Below are positions 23,691-34,962 of a stretch of DNA of 64,000 bases, piece after piece. Numbering within the stretch: position 1 is the first letter of the stretch; the number at the start of each line of letters is the position of its first letter. The DNA lies in assembly GCF_016433145.1 (NCBI RefSeq), contig NC_058130.1, positions 759,157,009-759,221,008 of the forward strand, in the 5' to 3' direction. The stretch is from Gracilinanus agilis. Its lineage: Eukaryota. A model generated the notes under the pieces. That model was given only the letters and a program-made list of their open reading frames with translations. It ran no database searches and was not told the DNA's origin. A program made the position numbers and the translations under genes.

Positions 23691-24017
23691 ATAAATAGGA
23701 ATAATGAAACATTTATTAAGCACCTACTACATGCTAGGGAATGGGCTGAGTATTGGGGAAACAGAAAAAGGCAAAAGACAGGCCCTGCTCTCAAGGAGCC
23801 CAGAAGATGCAAACAATGATGCCCAAACACGAAGCAGGCAGAATAAACAGGACGTGACCCACAGGGGGAAGGTACCAGCACTAAAGGGCATTGGGAAGGG
23901 CTTCTTGTAGAAGGTGGCATTTTAGCTGGGATTTGAAAGAAGCCAGAGGCTGAGATGAGGGAGAACATTTCAGGCCTGGAGACCAGCCAGTGAAGAGACC
24001 CAGGCAGGAGGTGGAGG

Positions 24018-24194
24018 GAAAAAAAAATCCCTTATCTTCTGTCTTAGAATCAGTGCTGTGTATTGGTTCCAAGGTGGTGAGAGCTAGGCAATGGGGGTTA
24101 AGTGTCTTGCCAAGGGCCACAGAGCTCAAAAGTGTCTGAGGCCAAATTTGAACCTAGGACCTTCTGTCTCCAGGCCTGGCTCTTTAATCCACTG
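24018..24194 (-). mobile_element. SINE1_Mdo-type SINE lacking its extreme 5' end
   Basis: Tail, CORE and B-box are present; the sequence stops at ttaatccactg. Confidence 0.88.
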
Positions 24195-24198
24195 TATA

Positions 24199-24230
24199 CT
24201 AAGATGGAAGGTAAGGCTTTAAAAAAAAAA
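24199..24230 (+). mobile_element. SINE1 3' tail remnant in plus orientation
   Basis: ctaagatggaaggtaaggcttt plus A10, matching the tail of the other SINE1 copies read in sense. Confidence 0.75.
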
Positions 24231-26909
24231 TGTTTATTTACTGATGAGGAACCACTGGGATGCAGGGGATGCAGGGGTGATGGGGCCTAAGGAAGAAGAA
24301 GGCTGCAAGTGTGTGAGTGGAGGTCAGCTTACCAAGGGCTTTGAGTGCCAGAGGAGTGTCTATTTGATTGTGGATGCGATCAGGAGCCACTGCAGGTTAT
24401 GGGGAGGTTGGGTGGGGACGACCTGGTGAAACCTGCGCTTCCATAGGCTGAATCCCAAGGGCTTCCCTCTGTGTATCTGCAGCCCCTTTCATAGGGCCCG
24501 GCACAGGGTAATGCCTGCTGAACTGGGGAGGAAATGTGGAGGAGCCGACATGGTGTTGGATTAGTCAGGAAGACCTGAGCTCAAATCCTGCCTTGGATAC
24601 CTACTAGCTTCACAAGCCAGCCAAGACTTTTACTGAAGCCCTCTCAGCCCCGGCTTCCTCATCTGAAAAAAATGAACAAGGCGGCCTTCCCGGCCTCTAA
24701 GGTTCCAGGAACTGAACTGCCTTCACAAGTTCTGGCCCTGAGTGGGCTCTGGGTGAGAATCCAACCCCCCGCTGTACCTGACCCTCCTGGCAGTCACTGG
24801 GCATGTGAGGCTTGTGTCAGCACTAGGCCCAGGAAGGAAAAGGCAAGAAACAGCCGCCCAGACTCCAGGGAGAGAACTCGGAGCCGGGCAGCTCTGCTCG
24901 TGCCCAAAGGAAAACGATGGCCCCGAACTCTCTGGCTGGGGACGCTGGATTCCCTCTGCCCCCTCCGTCCTCCGGCTACGCTTATGAGATCAGGGAGCTT
25001 CTGGCCACCGTGACCCGACTGCAGGGTAATATGCTCGGGAAGAAGGGGTCTGGGCCTGTCTGTCTGTCTGTCTGTGCCTCTCTGTCTGTCTCTCTATTTC
25101 TCTCTCTGCCTCTGTCTGTCAGTTTCTTTCTCTCCTGTCTTGGCTCCCCCCTCCCCTCCAGTGGCCCAGCAGAGCCACTTCTCCCTCACAGCTGGGGCAC
25201 TGAGACTTCTTTGAGAAGTCTTACTGTCCTTGGAGGAGGGAAAGAAGACGATGACAAAGAGGAAGATGCGGAAGGCTGACTGGAGGAAAGGCCTTACCTC
25301 TCACCAGCATGGACTATTATTAATAATAACAATAATAGGGAACTTTCCATTTTTCACTTAATTTCCTTCATGAGCTTTTTCTTGAATGTGTGATATGTGT
25401 CTTTTTTCACATGACAAATAGGGAAATAGGGAGAGCACACTTGATCCTCACAGCAACCTTGGGAAGTATGTGTTATTATTATCCCCATTTCACAGATGAG
25501 GAAACGGAGGCAAACAGGTTAAGCAATTTGCCCAGGGTCACACTTGGGTCTTCTTTCCAAGCTCAGTGTTCTCTATTCCCTAAGCCAAGTAGCCAGAAGA
25601 GGAACCAGAGAGGTTGTCTAGTAGAACCCCCCATTATTAGGGAGCGGAGGCCCAGAGGAAGAAGAAATGGAGGAGAAGAATGGGACTTCTTCAGGCAGCA
25701 GAGACAGAATTTGAATCCAGGTCTGCCAACCCTGAGTCCAGTGTTCTTCTAGGACACCCCATGATTCCGTACCTCTGTGGAAAAGGCAGCCCCTCGGGGC
25801 CCCTGGACACCCCATGATGACGTTGCATCCCTGTGCCTGTCTCGGGATCCAAAAGCAGCTCGTGGGAGGGAGAAAACAGTTGGGCTCTGAGTGAGGGGCT
25901 GCGCGCAGGCCTGAGAGAGCTCTGGGAACCCCCCGACCCCCGACCTGCAGGTAAAGGCTCGGCTCGGCCCCGGCCACAGAATCAGAGAAACACGTGGATA
26001 AAGGCCACCCCGGGCAGAGCGGGAGAGACGGCGGGGTCAGCGCGTCCGCTCTGCACACAGCAGGTGCTGGAGAAATATTTGGCAAACAGAACTGAATCGG
26101 GCCCAGGAAGACTTGCCGAGGGCCAGTCCCGCCATTGCCAGGTGATGCTCCCGGTGCCCGAGTGACCTCGAGGGAGTCACTTATCTTAGGGACCTCGGAC
26201 TCCCTCCCCGGCCTAACCTGTGACCCTCGGACCCGGGCCCATGACCCGATGCCGGGCCTTTCCTGGACACCCCGGCCCAATCCCTCCTGCTCCGAGGCTC
26301 TGTAGAGAGCGGAGGGCCGGCCCCCACAGCCGGAACAGGAGGCCGAGCCACGCTCTCAGCGATCCCTGTCCCCATCGGGCACGTTGGGAGAGGAAAAGGG
26401 AACATGGAGTGCGGCCGGTGCTTAGAGCTGCCGGCCAGGACCAAGAAGGCGAAGGAGAAGGCCGAGAAGGGAGGGGCTTCTCGCGCTCCGAGGACAGCAA
26501 GAACAAAGCACGGGCACACGGAGCCAGAACCCTTCCTGAAGGCGCCCAGCTAAGCGGCGGGATGAGGAGGCCTGGCTGAGGCGGCACTTCCTGGGGGGGT
26601 CTCTCCCTCATGGCCCTGCCACAGGCCCTCCGGCTGCCCTGGGAGCCCCCACGTTAGGGACGCTCAATTGTTATCAAACAGGACACACGCAGCCTCCCTC
26701 AGAGGAGAATTCATGACTAGCCTCTTTAAGGCCAAGATTTTCACGTGTCCTTTTCTGGCCTTCACAAGCTCGGCCGGGGAGGCTGCTCTGCTCCCAGGTT
26801 GAGGCCTGCTCTGCCCTTTTCTGGAGCCCTCTCGGGCTCAGGGCTCTGAGTCAGGAAGATGTGGGTTCAAATCCCCCATCAGACACTAACTAGCTCCCTC
26901 CCTCCCTCC

Positions 26910-27066
26910 CACCTCAGGATAAATGCTGTGTATTGGTTCCAAAGCAGAAGAGGAGCGGGGACTGAGCAATGGGGGCTTAGGAGCCTTGCCCAGGGTCACA
27001 CAGCTAGAGGCCAGATTTGAACCCAGGACATCCATCTCTAGGCCACTGAGGCACCCAGCTGCCCCC
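26910..27066 (-). mobile_element. SINE1-type copy, GC-shifted and internally deleted
   Basis: gctgtgtattggttccaaagcagaagagg...cttgcccagggtcacacagctag...cacccagctgccccc. Confidence 0.8.
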
Positions 27067-27659
27067 ACAATCTCTTCTGAAGCAAAAAACAGTCTTGCAA
27101 TCCACGCCTCCCCTTTGCCCCCTGACCTGGCCGGCTTCAGGGCCTGCACTCAGTACGTAAACAATCATATCTGTTGCCCGAAGCAGAATCCGCGTCTCAG
27201 GAGGGCTTGGGTCCGGCTCCAGGAAATCGGTCGTCCAGTCATGCTGGACTGCAGAGGCTCCGAGGGACGGGGTCGCGGTGGCCTGGCCTAGGGAGCATCG
27301 GCCTTGCCCGAGACTCAAACCTGGCCCTTCAGACTCCAGGCCCGATGGAGCACCCGCCAGAAGGCACTGGCCTGGCCGCCCTCCCCAGCCAGTTCTGGGG
27401 CTGCTTCTCAGGCTAAGACAGCTGGCGGCCGCCCTCCTTCAAGGGTGACTGGCCAGCCCTGCCCAGGCACGAGGAAGGGCTTCTTCCTTCCGGGGGCGAC
27501 ACTGGCGGTGACTTGTCGCGGGTCACGTTTTCTCTGCTCATTCCGTGCCTGAACGCCACTTGGGAGCTACAGAAGAGCGGAGATGGGGCCGGCGGCACAT
27601 TCCCTCCTCGCACAAGGCTGCCCCTCTGAGGCTCCCCGAGGTTCTCCTCCCATCAGGAA

Positions 27660-27890
27660 CTTTGTGTTCCCTTGTTCAGTCGGGCCCAACTCTTTGTGAG
27701 CCCATTTGGAGCTTTCTTTGGCCATTTCCTGTTCTGGTTCACTTTACGGAGGAGGAAACGGTGGCAGGCAGGGTGGAGTGACTTGTGCAGGGCCACACGG
27801 TGAGTAAATATCCGAGGCTGGCTCTGAACTTGGTCTTCCTGACTCCAAGCCTGGTCCTCTACCCACTGCACCGCCAAACTCTCCACAGTT
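27660..27890 (-). mobile_element. MAR1 SINE, GC-shifted
   Basis: gttcagtcgggcccaactctttgtga (BovB-type tail) ... cttggtcttcctgactcc. Confidence 0.75.
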
Positions 27891-28709
27891 AATACTGAAG
27901 TTCACAATCTTTAAAGATTCACAAAGGTGGGGAAGAACCTGCATCTTATGGAGGAGGAAATGAAGATCAAGGGACAAGCAGGGACCAGCCCAAGGTCACC
28001 CAGGGACTAGGAAGCAGAGTCAAGATTTGAACCCAGGCTCTCTAGTGTTCCTTCAACCACATCGCTGCTTCCATTCAAGAACCGGCAGGGCCTCTGCAGG
28101 CCGCTGATTCTAATGACTCCAGGAGGAGGTCGAGAGAAGCTGGACTGCCTGTCCGGTCCGTGGCCAGTAAGTCTCTGCGGCGGGGTTTGCAGTGAGGACC
28201 TCCCAGCTCCGAGATCAGGGCCCGTCCGCTACATAAAGGTCTGAGTGAAGGCCAGGCGAGAGCACAGGCTTCTGGGTGATGCCAGATGAGAGGAAAGGCT
28301 GCTTGGTTGCCGGCGGCCGGGCCTTTGTCTCTGAGCTCCTCGAAGGCTGCGGAAGGGCAACAGTCTCACAGAAATGCTCACCCGGGAGATATTCCTCTGG
28401 GTTTAGGCAACAATCCCATTTCTGTGTTCAATTTATCGAAGGGCCTGGATCTCCAGACCTGCCAGAACTGCTTAGATGGGCTTTTCTCGGCCGGTGTGGA
28501 GGTCCACCAAGGGGGCAGCGGGAAGCGCCATCGATCCGGAGCCCACACCTCCGCTCCGGGGACCGTCCCTTACACAAATATTTGCCAACGACTGCATGTG
28601 AGCCTGTCAATGGCTGTCAATAAAAGGAAGCCCTCGTCCTGAGCTCCGGCGTGGGGAGGGAGACCGCCAAGCCCTCTGTTCCCCCTGAGCCGTTGCTTCT
28701 GCCCTGAAG

Positions 28710-28768
28710 CTCCGGGGGAGCGGCGCTCTTGTGCCCCGGGTCTCCGGGGGAGTGGCGCTCTTGTGCCC
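28710..28768. repeat. 32-bp tandem duplication (about 1.8 copies)
   Basis: ctccgggggagcggcgctcttgtgccc and ctccgggggagtggcgctcttgtgccc, 26/27 identical. Confidence 0.9.
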
Positions 28769-29519
28769 AGCACTTGTGAGCCCAAGGTTGCGCCACTGTC
28801 CGGAGCTGCCCGGCCCTGCCCGGCCAGAATGACTCCTGGGTGCTGACACAAGCCTGCCAAGGTGGATGGTGCGAGGAGCAGCGCCCACTTTAAAGAGGAG
28901 GACCCGAGGTTCAGAAGGCTCAGAACCCAAGTGAGGAAGTGCCGGGGCAAGTCCTCATGGCCTGTCTGCTCTCCGGCACCCGACCTCTCCCAAGATCTCC
29001 GGTTTCCCCACGGTAGGCCCATCTCCACCCCTCCTGCCCGTCCCTTTCTGGCCCTGATGGATGTCAGGTCGCAAGTACACAGCGTGAGACACGGAGCAGA
29101 GACAGAATGTAAGCTTCCTGGGGGAACACATTATTTCATTTTTGTCACCGTCATCATGAGCTCAGAGCACTTATACGCCGGGTCCAGGGAGGGAGCTACT
29201 GTTATTATCCCCACTGATTAGATGAGAAAACCAAGGCAGTCAGAAGTGAGGTGACTTGCCCAGGGTCACGCAGCTAGTAAATTTCTGAGGATGAATTTGA
29301 ACTCAGGCCTTCCTGACTCCAGCCTCTACTCTATCCTCCTCAGGCCCTCTTGTGTTTCTAAGGTGCCTTGGAGCCTGCCTTAGCCACTGTACCATCTGGT
29401 TCTTGCAAGAATCCTGGGAGGGAGACTGGTCAGTCCTGGGATCTCTGTTTCATTGAGAAATGACTGACTTCTCCAAGGCCAGGGAGGTAGCCAGCACAAG
29501 AGGACCCCCAAAGGCTTAC

Positions 29520-29640
29520 CGTGGAAATGCTGAGCTGTCTTCCGTCTCAGGGCCTGGACCGTCTCCTCTGTGTCTGCCCATTCGAGGACCAGTCTTCTGC
29601 CGTACAAATGGGTGCTGTGGCACAGGGCATTGAAAGCCCT
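29520..29640 (-). CDS. RBM19: RBM19 penultimate coding exon (end of RRM6), phase 0 to phase 1
   Basis: Minus strand reads ttttctcctgtcccctgttacag|AGG GCT TTC ... TTC CAC G|gtaagc, giving RAFNALCHSTHLYGRRLVLEWADTEETVQALRRKTAQHFH. This matches the recalled human RAFNALCHSTHLYGRRLVLEWADSEVTLQALRRKTAAHFH. Length 121 nt, in frame with both flanking exons. Confidence 0.98.
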
Positions 29641-32039
29641 CTGTAACAGGGGACAGGAGAAAACTGTGTTAGGGCAAAGCCATCATCTCCCCATTGACTC
29701 TCCCCTCCCCACGCTGCTTCCACCTTCATTCGATGCCGCGGAAAGCTCCGCAAAGTGCCCGCCATGAGTTCCTGCTCTCATGACATCGGATCTCCAAGGA
29801 GGGTTTGGGGAATGGTTGGGCCTATCTATTTAATTAGCTGCTTATGTTCCTACAGAGAGAACTGCAAGTGACTGATTGACCAGTCAATATATCCACAGTC
29901 CAGGCCTGTAATTGGTGCCTGCTCGAAAGCAATCACCTTATTTTCCATGTTAAAATCCCAGCCACGGAGGGTGACCCCATTAGCTCAGCTCTTCTTCTGC
30001 TGGGGAAGGGCTGCGAGGCTGCATTGGGCAGCTGAGCACTGTGCAGGCTGCAGGAGAGAGCATGACCTGTGCTTAAGTGTTCCCCTGCAACATGGACAAC
30101 TGCCATTTTTAGGAAGTCTTTTCCTTCTGAGGGGCTCAAAGTGTCTCATCCCAAAAAGTCCAAGGGAAACTGAGTGAATGGAGGCTGCTACCTCCCATTT
30201 TTCAAATGGGAAACTGAGGCGGAGATGGCAAAGAGGATTGTCCAAGGATTGGCCCCTGACTTCCAGGGTTGAGCTCTTTTAACAAACAAATCTTGCCTCT
30301 TAGAATCATGGGGCTAGACCTGGAAAGGGCCATCTGTTCTAACCCAATCATTTTGCAGAAGGAGAACGGAGGACTAAGAAATGTCAAGTGGGCCAGGGTG
30401 TGAAAGCAAGTGTCAGAGGCAGTCCTGCAAAGGAATTCTTGGGCTCCAAAGCCTATACTCTCTCTCTACCATTCTTGTCAGTAACCAGACTCTGATGCCT
30501 GGTATTTGTCAGGCACTCAGCATTGGGGACCCGGAGATAAAACTAAAGAGATAGGCCTTGGCACTTAAATCCTGTTGGAGGTATGAAACATGCAGGGAAT
30601 TTTGAATAATCCTGAGGAAGAGAGAACAGAGTTTCTGAATACTACCAGGAGTTTTTGTCATAATGAAGTTTTTCAATATATAGAATATTAATAACACAAT
30701 TATTACCATGTAGATTGTCCCTAAGTTTTTTTTTTTTTTTATGTTCATGAGGGTTCCTTGTGCCCTTCAAAAAGCTTAGCAATCATGGCCCTACCTAGGC
30801 GATCCTAAGAAGCAATGGCCATGAAAGATTTAGGAAGAGGGCTCATGGGGCTCAATGTAAAGGGAGGAGCTTGATTATAAGAAATTGAGATGGAAAGGGG
30901 CCTGAGGATATGAATAAGAGTAGACAGGAGACAAGCAGGAAGGAAGAGAGGTGGGCTAGATTAAAGCATGAGCACTGGTGAGTAGGTGTGGAGTCCTCAC
31001 TCATCAACCCACTACCTGGCTCAAGTAGCCACTGGTTAGAGGGGAAACTGAGGTATGGAGGAGAAAAAAGAGATTTATCCTAGGTTATCAAGTGAGTAGG
31101 AGGCAAAATGAGGCTGTAAGATCACAGATAAAGGACCTCAGGAGTCACCTAGTTTAACAATTTTAAAGTTGAGGAAAGGGAGGCTAATAGAGGGAAATGA
31201 CTTGCTAAAGGTCCCAATTGCTGCAGGGATCTGAAGAGAGGATTCCTTATTCCACATCTAGAGTTCTACCCATTGAAACAGATTGCCTAGAGCAGAGGCT
31301 CTTGGGGACACTGCAGTATGGCCAGACAACCAATGGTTAATCTGAGAGATGTGACTGTGGTAGCTGGCATTTCTGTTATATTTGAAGGTTTACTATGCAG
31401 TTCTGAATAAAGTGGTACAATTGTTATATCTCATTTTGTAAATGAGAAAACCAAGGTCAAGGTAGGTAAAACATTTAGAAAAACATTAGTGGAGGCGGTA
31501 CCATCAAAGTACAACATAGACCACCAGGACAGAAAGAAGAAATGGATGAAGAGTCTAGGAAACAGGTTACAAATCAGGAACAAAGTAAGAAACATCATCA
31601 GTGATGTTTAAGTTGACATAGACTGAAGGCTCTCTTTCCTTCAAAAGTAGAGAAGGTAATACTTTCCTGCATGCTTTAATGGTAAATTCATCCTTTAAGA
31701 ATGGGTAGGGGTTGTTAAAGAAATCCCAGCTTTACAACAAATGTTTGTTTCTTGGTTTTTAAGGCTGTTAATAGTGAAAAGAGGAGGATCCAAGAAGCGA
31801 TTTGGCCACCACTTTGGGTTGGTGGGAAGACATAAATGATGACAGAGAGGAAAGAGCTGAACAATTTTTATTTGGCTAGGCCATTTGTGCTAAGGAGAAG
31901 GATTTTTGGGCTGGAAAAAACAGATTAAAGATCACCAATAAGGATCTGATAACCCACATCTCAGAAAGGAGTGAGCAAGAGGCTCTGAAGGCACTTTAGA
32001 TGTATTCATTGCCCAAATGAATTGTATCCTCCGATACTG

Positions 32040-32270
32040 GGCGGGAGGAGAGGAAAACAACTAGCAAATGTAACTACTGAACTACTTTTAGAGATATTTT
32101 TAAAATCAGAGAACAGGAGAGGCACTGCAGGGCTGGTAAATGAGGACAAATATTGTCCCAATTTTCTAAAAAGGGAAGAGAATGAAAATCCACATATTAG
32201 AAGCCCAGTGAACTCAAGTTTCATTTTTGGTACAATTAGAGAACTTATTATTAAAGGGATGGTTGGCATC
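32040..32270 (+). mobile_element. L3/CR1 ORF2 (RT-proximal) fossil
   Basis: Frames give KQLANVTTELLLEIFLKS, then TNIVPIF*KG, then SPVNSSFIFGTIRELIIK. These align with the CR1 motif KELADVIAEPLSIIFEKS..ANVVPIFKKG..RPVSLTSIPGKILEQIIK. Confidence 0.8.
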
Positions 32271-33789
32271 TAAGTGCCAGGCCCTGTGCTAAGTCCTTTA
32301 CACATGATTATCTCATTTGATACTCACAATAACCTTGTGGAGCAGGAGGTGAAATGACCTGTCTAGGACCACACAGCTAGTAAACGGGCCAGTTTGAACT
32401 GATTTCTTCCTGACTCTAGAACTAGGGCCCTATCTACTGCATCAGCCAGGAAAAGCATAATAAAGGTATGCCAATTGACTGATAAAATGACTTGTTCTGA
32501 GTCACACAGCTGATGAGTAGTAGATGTGGGATTTGAGCCCAGGTCTCCCCCTTTCTGATTAAGCATTTAGAGTTCTTCCCATGACCTCACACTGTTTCTT
32601 GGTGGATGCTCAGGAGACAAGAAGGAGAAGCTAGGCAGGCCTGTTCCTTTTAAAAAGTAGTCAAATAACTGGGTTAAAGCAACACTTTTCCCTTGTGTTT
32701 CTTCTAGAAGGGACAGGTGCGGCAAACTTTTTTCTTTCTTTCCTTTTTTTAATTTTAAAAACTCTTCTGGCTGCCAGCAGAGGCCCCACATTTTTTCCAG
32801 GCGGACATAAAAATGCATCTGGACTTGAAACTAAAATGGCCCATTCAGAGCTTTAAAACCCACTCGCTCTCAGCTGTCACGGCAGGCAAATAGCTTGATC
32901 GAGGGAGCTTGGGTTTCAAGATGGGGAAGAGAAACCAATCAGTAGCCCAGAGTCACCAGCTCCCTATCCTCTGGGAATGGGAGTGGGGCTCTCCTGGGGA
33001 AATTCAATCCCCATTGTGGGATAGGAGGTGGGAAGGCTAAGAGATACCACCTCAAAGTTACCAAAGTCCTTTTTTGTGGAGTGGGCACGAGGGGATCCCA
33101 CCTCAATCCAAGAGCTTCCTGCCTTGACCTTGGCTCTGACTCAGGGCCAGCACACAGGGTTTGTTCTCTTTTCTAGAGACAACCTGAACACATCGTCCCC
33201 CATTCATTCCAGCCTCATCTTGAGGAACCCTCCCATATTCAATCCACTAATCTTGATGGAGCTCGACAAAGGTCAGGGACTGGACTCGTTCTGTTGACCT
33301 GCAATGGACGTGGAGTGAGAAGAAGCAGATATATCCTGGGTTTGGGGGAAAATTTCCTAATAATGAGGGAGAATGATTCAAAGGATGGTAACAAGCCAAC
33401 TGGCGTGAATGTGTGAAGAAGCTCAGTGGCTTCTACCTCTTTAGAGGTCTTCGGGCAAAGGATGGGGGAATCATTCGTCCCAGAGGTCATGGCTGCTGAG
33501 GCATCTTCTCAGATTTGGGGATTCTATGATTCTCAAAGAGGAAAGTCACTCACGGGGATGATACGAGTCTTTGAGCAGGGAGACTTATTGGCTTGTGTTT
33601 TTTTGATTGTTTTCTAGGACCTCTGCATTTAGACTTCAAAGGAACTCAGAAGGCACCTTGTCTAGTGGAGGAAACTGAGGCCCAAGCAGGTGAAGGGACA
33701 GAGGCAGAGCTAAATCTCCATCACTGTTTTATTTCCAATCCAATGCCAGATGAGCTCCTTGAGAATAGGGATTGGGAAAAAACGACAAC

Positions 33790-33880
33790 AGAAAAAACCC
33801 CTTACCATCTGTCTTAGTAACAACTCTTAGCTGCTAGGAAAACAGGGTTAAGTGACTTGACCAGGCTCACACAGCTAGTA
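33790..33880 (-). mobile_element. SINE1-type partial copy
   Basis: aaaaccccttaccatctgtcttagtaacaac...gggttaagtgacttgacc. Confidence 0.6.
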
Positions 33881-34504
33881 GGACATTTCTTTCTCCAGAT
33901 CATTTGACAGATGAGGAAACTGAGGTCAACAGGGTACAGTGAGTTGTCCAGGGTCACACAGCTCAGTGTTTGAGGCTGGATTTGAGCCGGCTCTCTATCC
34001 ACCTGATTCCACTTAGCACCACCTGGCTATTCTGTCACAATAACCCTGTAAGGCAGGGACTGAAGTATCATCTTTGCCACCATTTTATAGGTGAGGAAAT
34101 TGAGGTGATGAAGTAAAGTGACCTGCCTGGGGTGATACAATCCATGAGGACTCAAGGCAGAATTTGAACCCAGGTCTTCTGACCCTGTTCTGAGTCAATC
34201 CATTCAAATATGCTGATTCTCAGCAATAATAACAAAACATATTCTATCTATTTCATTGGGTTATTTATGGTAAGAAAAAGCACTCTATAAACCTTCAATT
34301 TATAGAGAGGAAGATAAGCTCTTGTTGTTGTTGTTGTCATATTATTATTACCTCTGTCTTTCCCATTGGGGCAACATGGTAAAATTGGCATTGAAGCCAG
34401 GAAGACATGAGTTCAAATCCTCCCTCTGCCTCACTGGCTGTGTGTCTCTGGGACAGCCACTTCACTTTTTAGTATTCTGGGTAATTCTCTGAAATAAGGG
34501 TGGA

Positions 34505-34712
34505 ATAGTTTTTGTTTTCATGGGCTCCTTTGAAAATATGGTGAAACCTATAGACTCTTTCTTAGAATAATGTTTAAAAAACACCATAATGGAAGGAAAT
34601 GCTAAATTTCAGTTAGAGATGAGAATAGAAACATAATTAATTTTTCTTTTTTCTCATCCAAATCCATGGACTGCTCTGAAATCTATCCATGGATCCCAGG
34701 CAAAGAATCTGG
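34505..34712. mobile_element. hAT-Charlie MITE (same group as 23226-23402, opposite orientation)
   Basis: atgggctcctttg...ggtgaaacctatagactc...agaataatgttt...gaaatctatccatggatcccagg. Confidence 0.7.
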
Positions 34713-34962
34713 GTGTCTACCTCCCATAGTAAGAGTTCCCACAAACTAAGGGAACCACAGACCACCTCTAAACCTAGTCTTTCCCTCTGAAGGAGGTGGT
34801 AGGGATGCAACCTATGAAAATGGCAGCTCTGAGTCAGAAAGCCAAGGTTCAGCTCCGACCCTGATTCTCAAGACTCTCTGTGACTGTGGCTAATGTCTCT
34901 AGACCTTTCAGTTTATTTATTTTCATTTGGGTCCAACTCTTTGTGACTTCTTTTGGAGGTTG

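Larger units (their letters stand above)
23705..24440 (-). mobile_element. L2 fragment interrupted by SINE1 at 24018-24230
   Basis: acatttattaagcacctactac...gatgagggagaacatt, then ccaagggctttgagtgcc...aggagccactg. Confidence 0.75.
24700..29100. promoter_or_regulatory. Intronic GC/CpG-rich domain (CpG-island-like)
   Basis: Hand count gives 32 CpG in 26161-26640 versus 2 in 30481-30960 (480 nt each). Confidence 0.7.
10523..29519 (-). other. RBM19: RBM19 last coding-region intron (18,997 nt, GT-AG, phase 1)
   Basis: Defined by the two flanking exons: donor GTAAGC at 29519 and acceptor TACAG ending at 10523. Confidence 0.93.

Noticed and set aside
24980-25000. YEIRELL resembles the RBM19 upstream-exon peptide REIRELF
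   Set aside because: It is on the wrong strand and in the wrong position relative to the other exons, so the similarity is coincidental.
25618-26611. Overlapping 110-220-aa ORFs on both strands
   Set aside because: Stop-codon scarcity in high-GC sequence explains them. They show no recognisable domain and are open in several frames at once.
28504-28519. CTCF-like motif CCACCAAGGGGGCAGC
   Set aside because: It has an extra base relative to the core, which breaks the conserved 5' positions. It cannot be supported without a PWM scan or ChIP.
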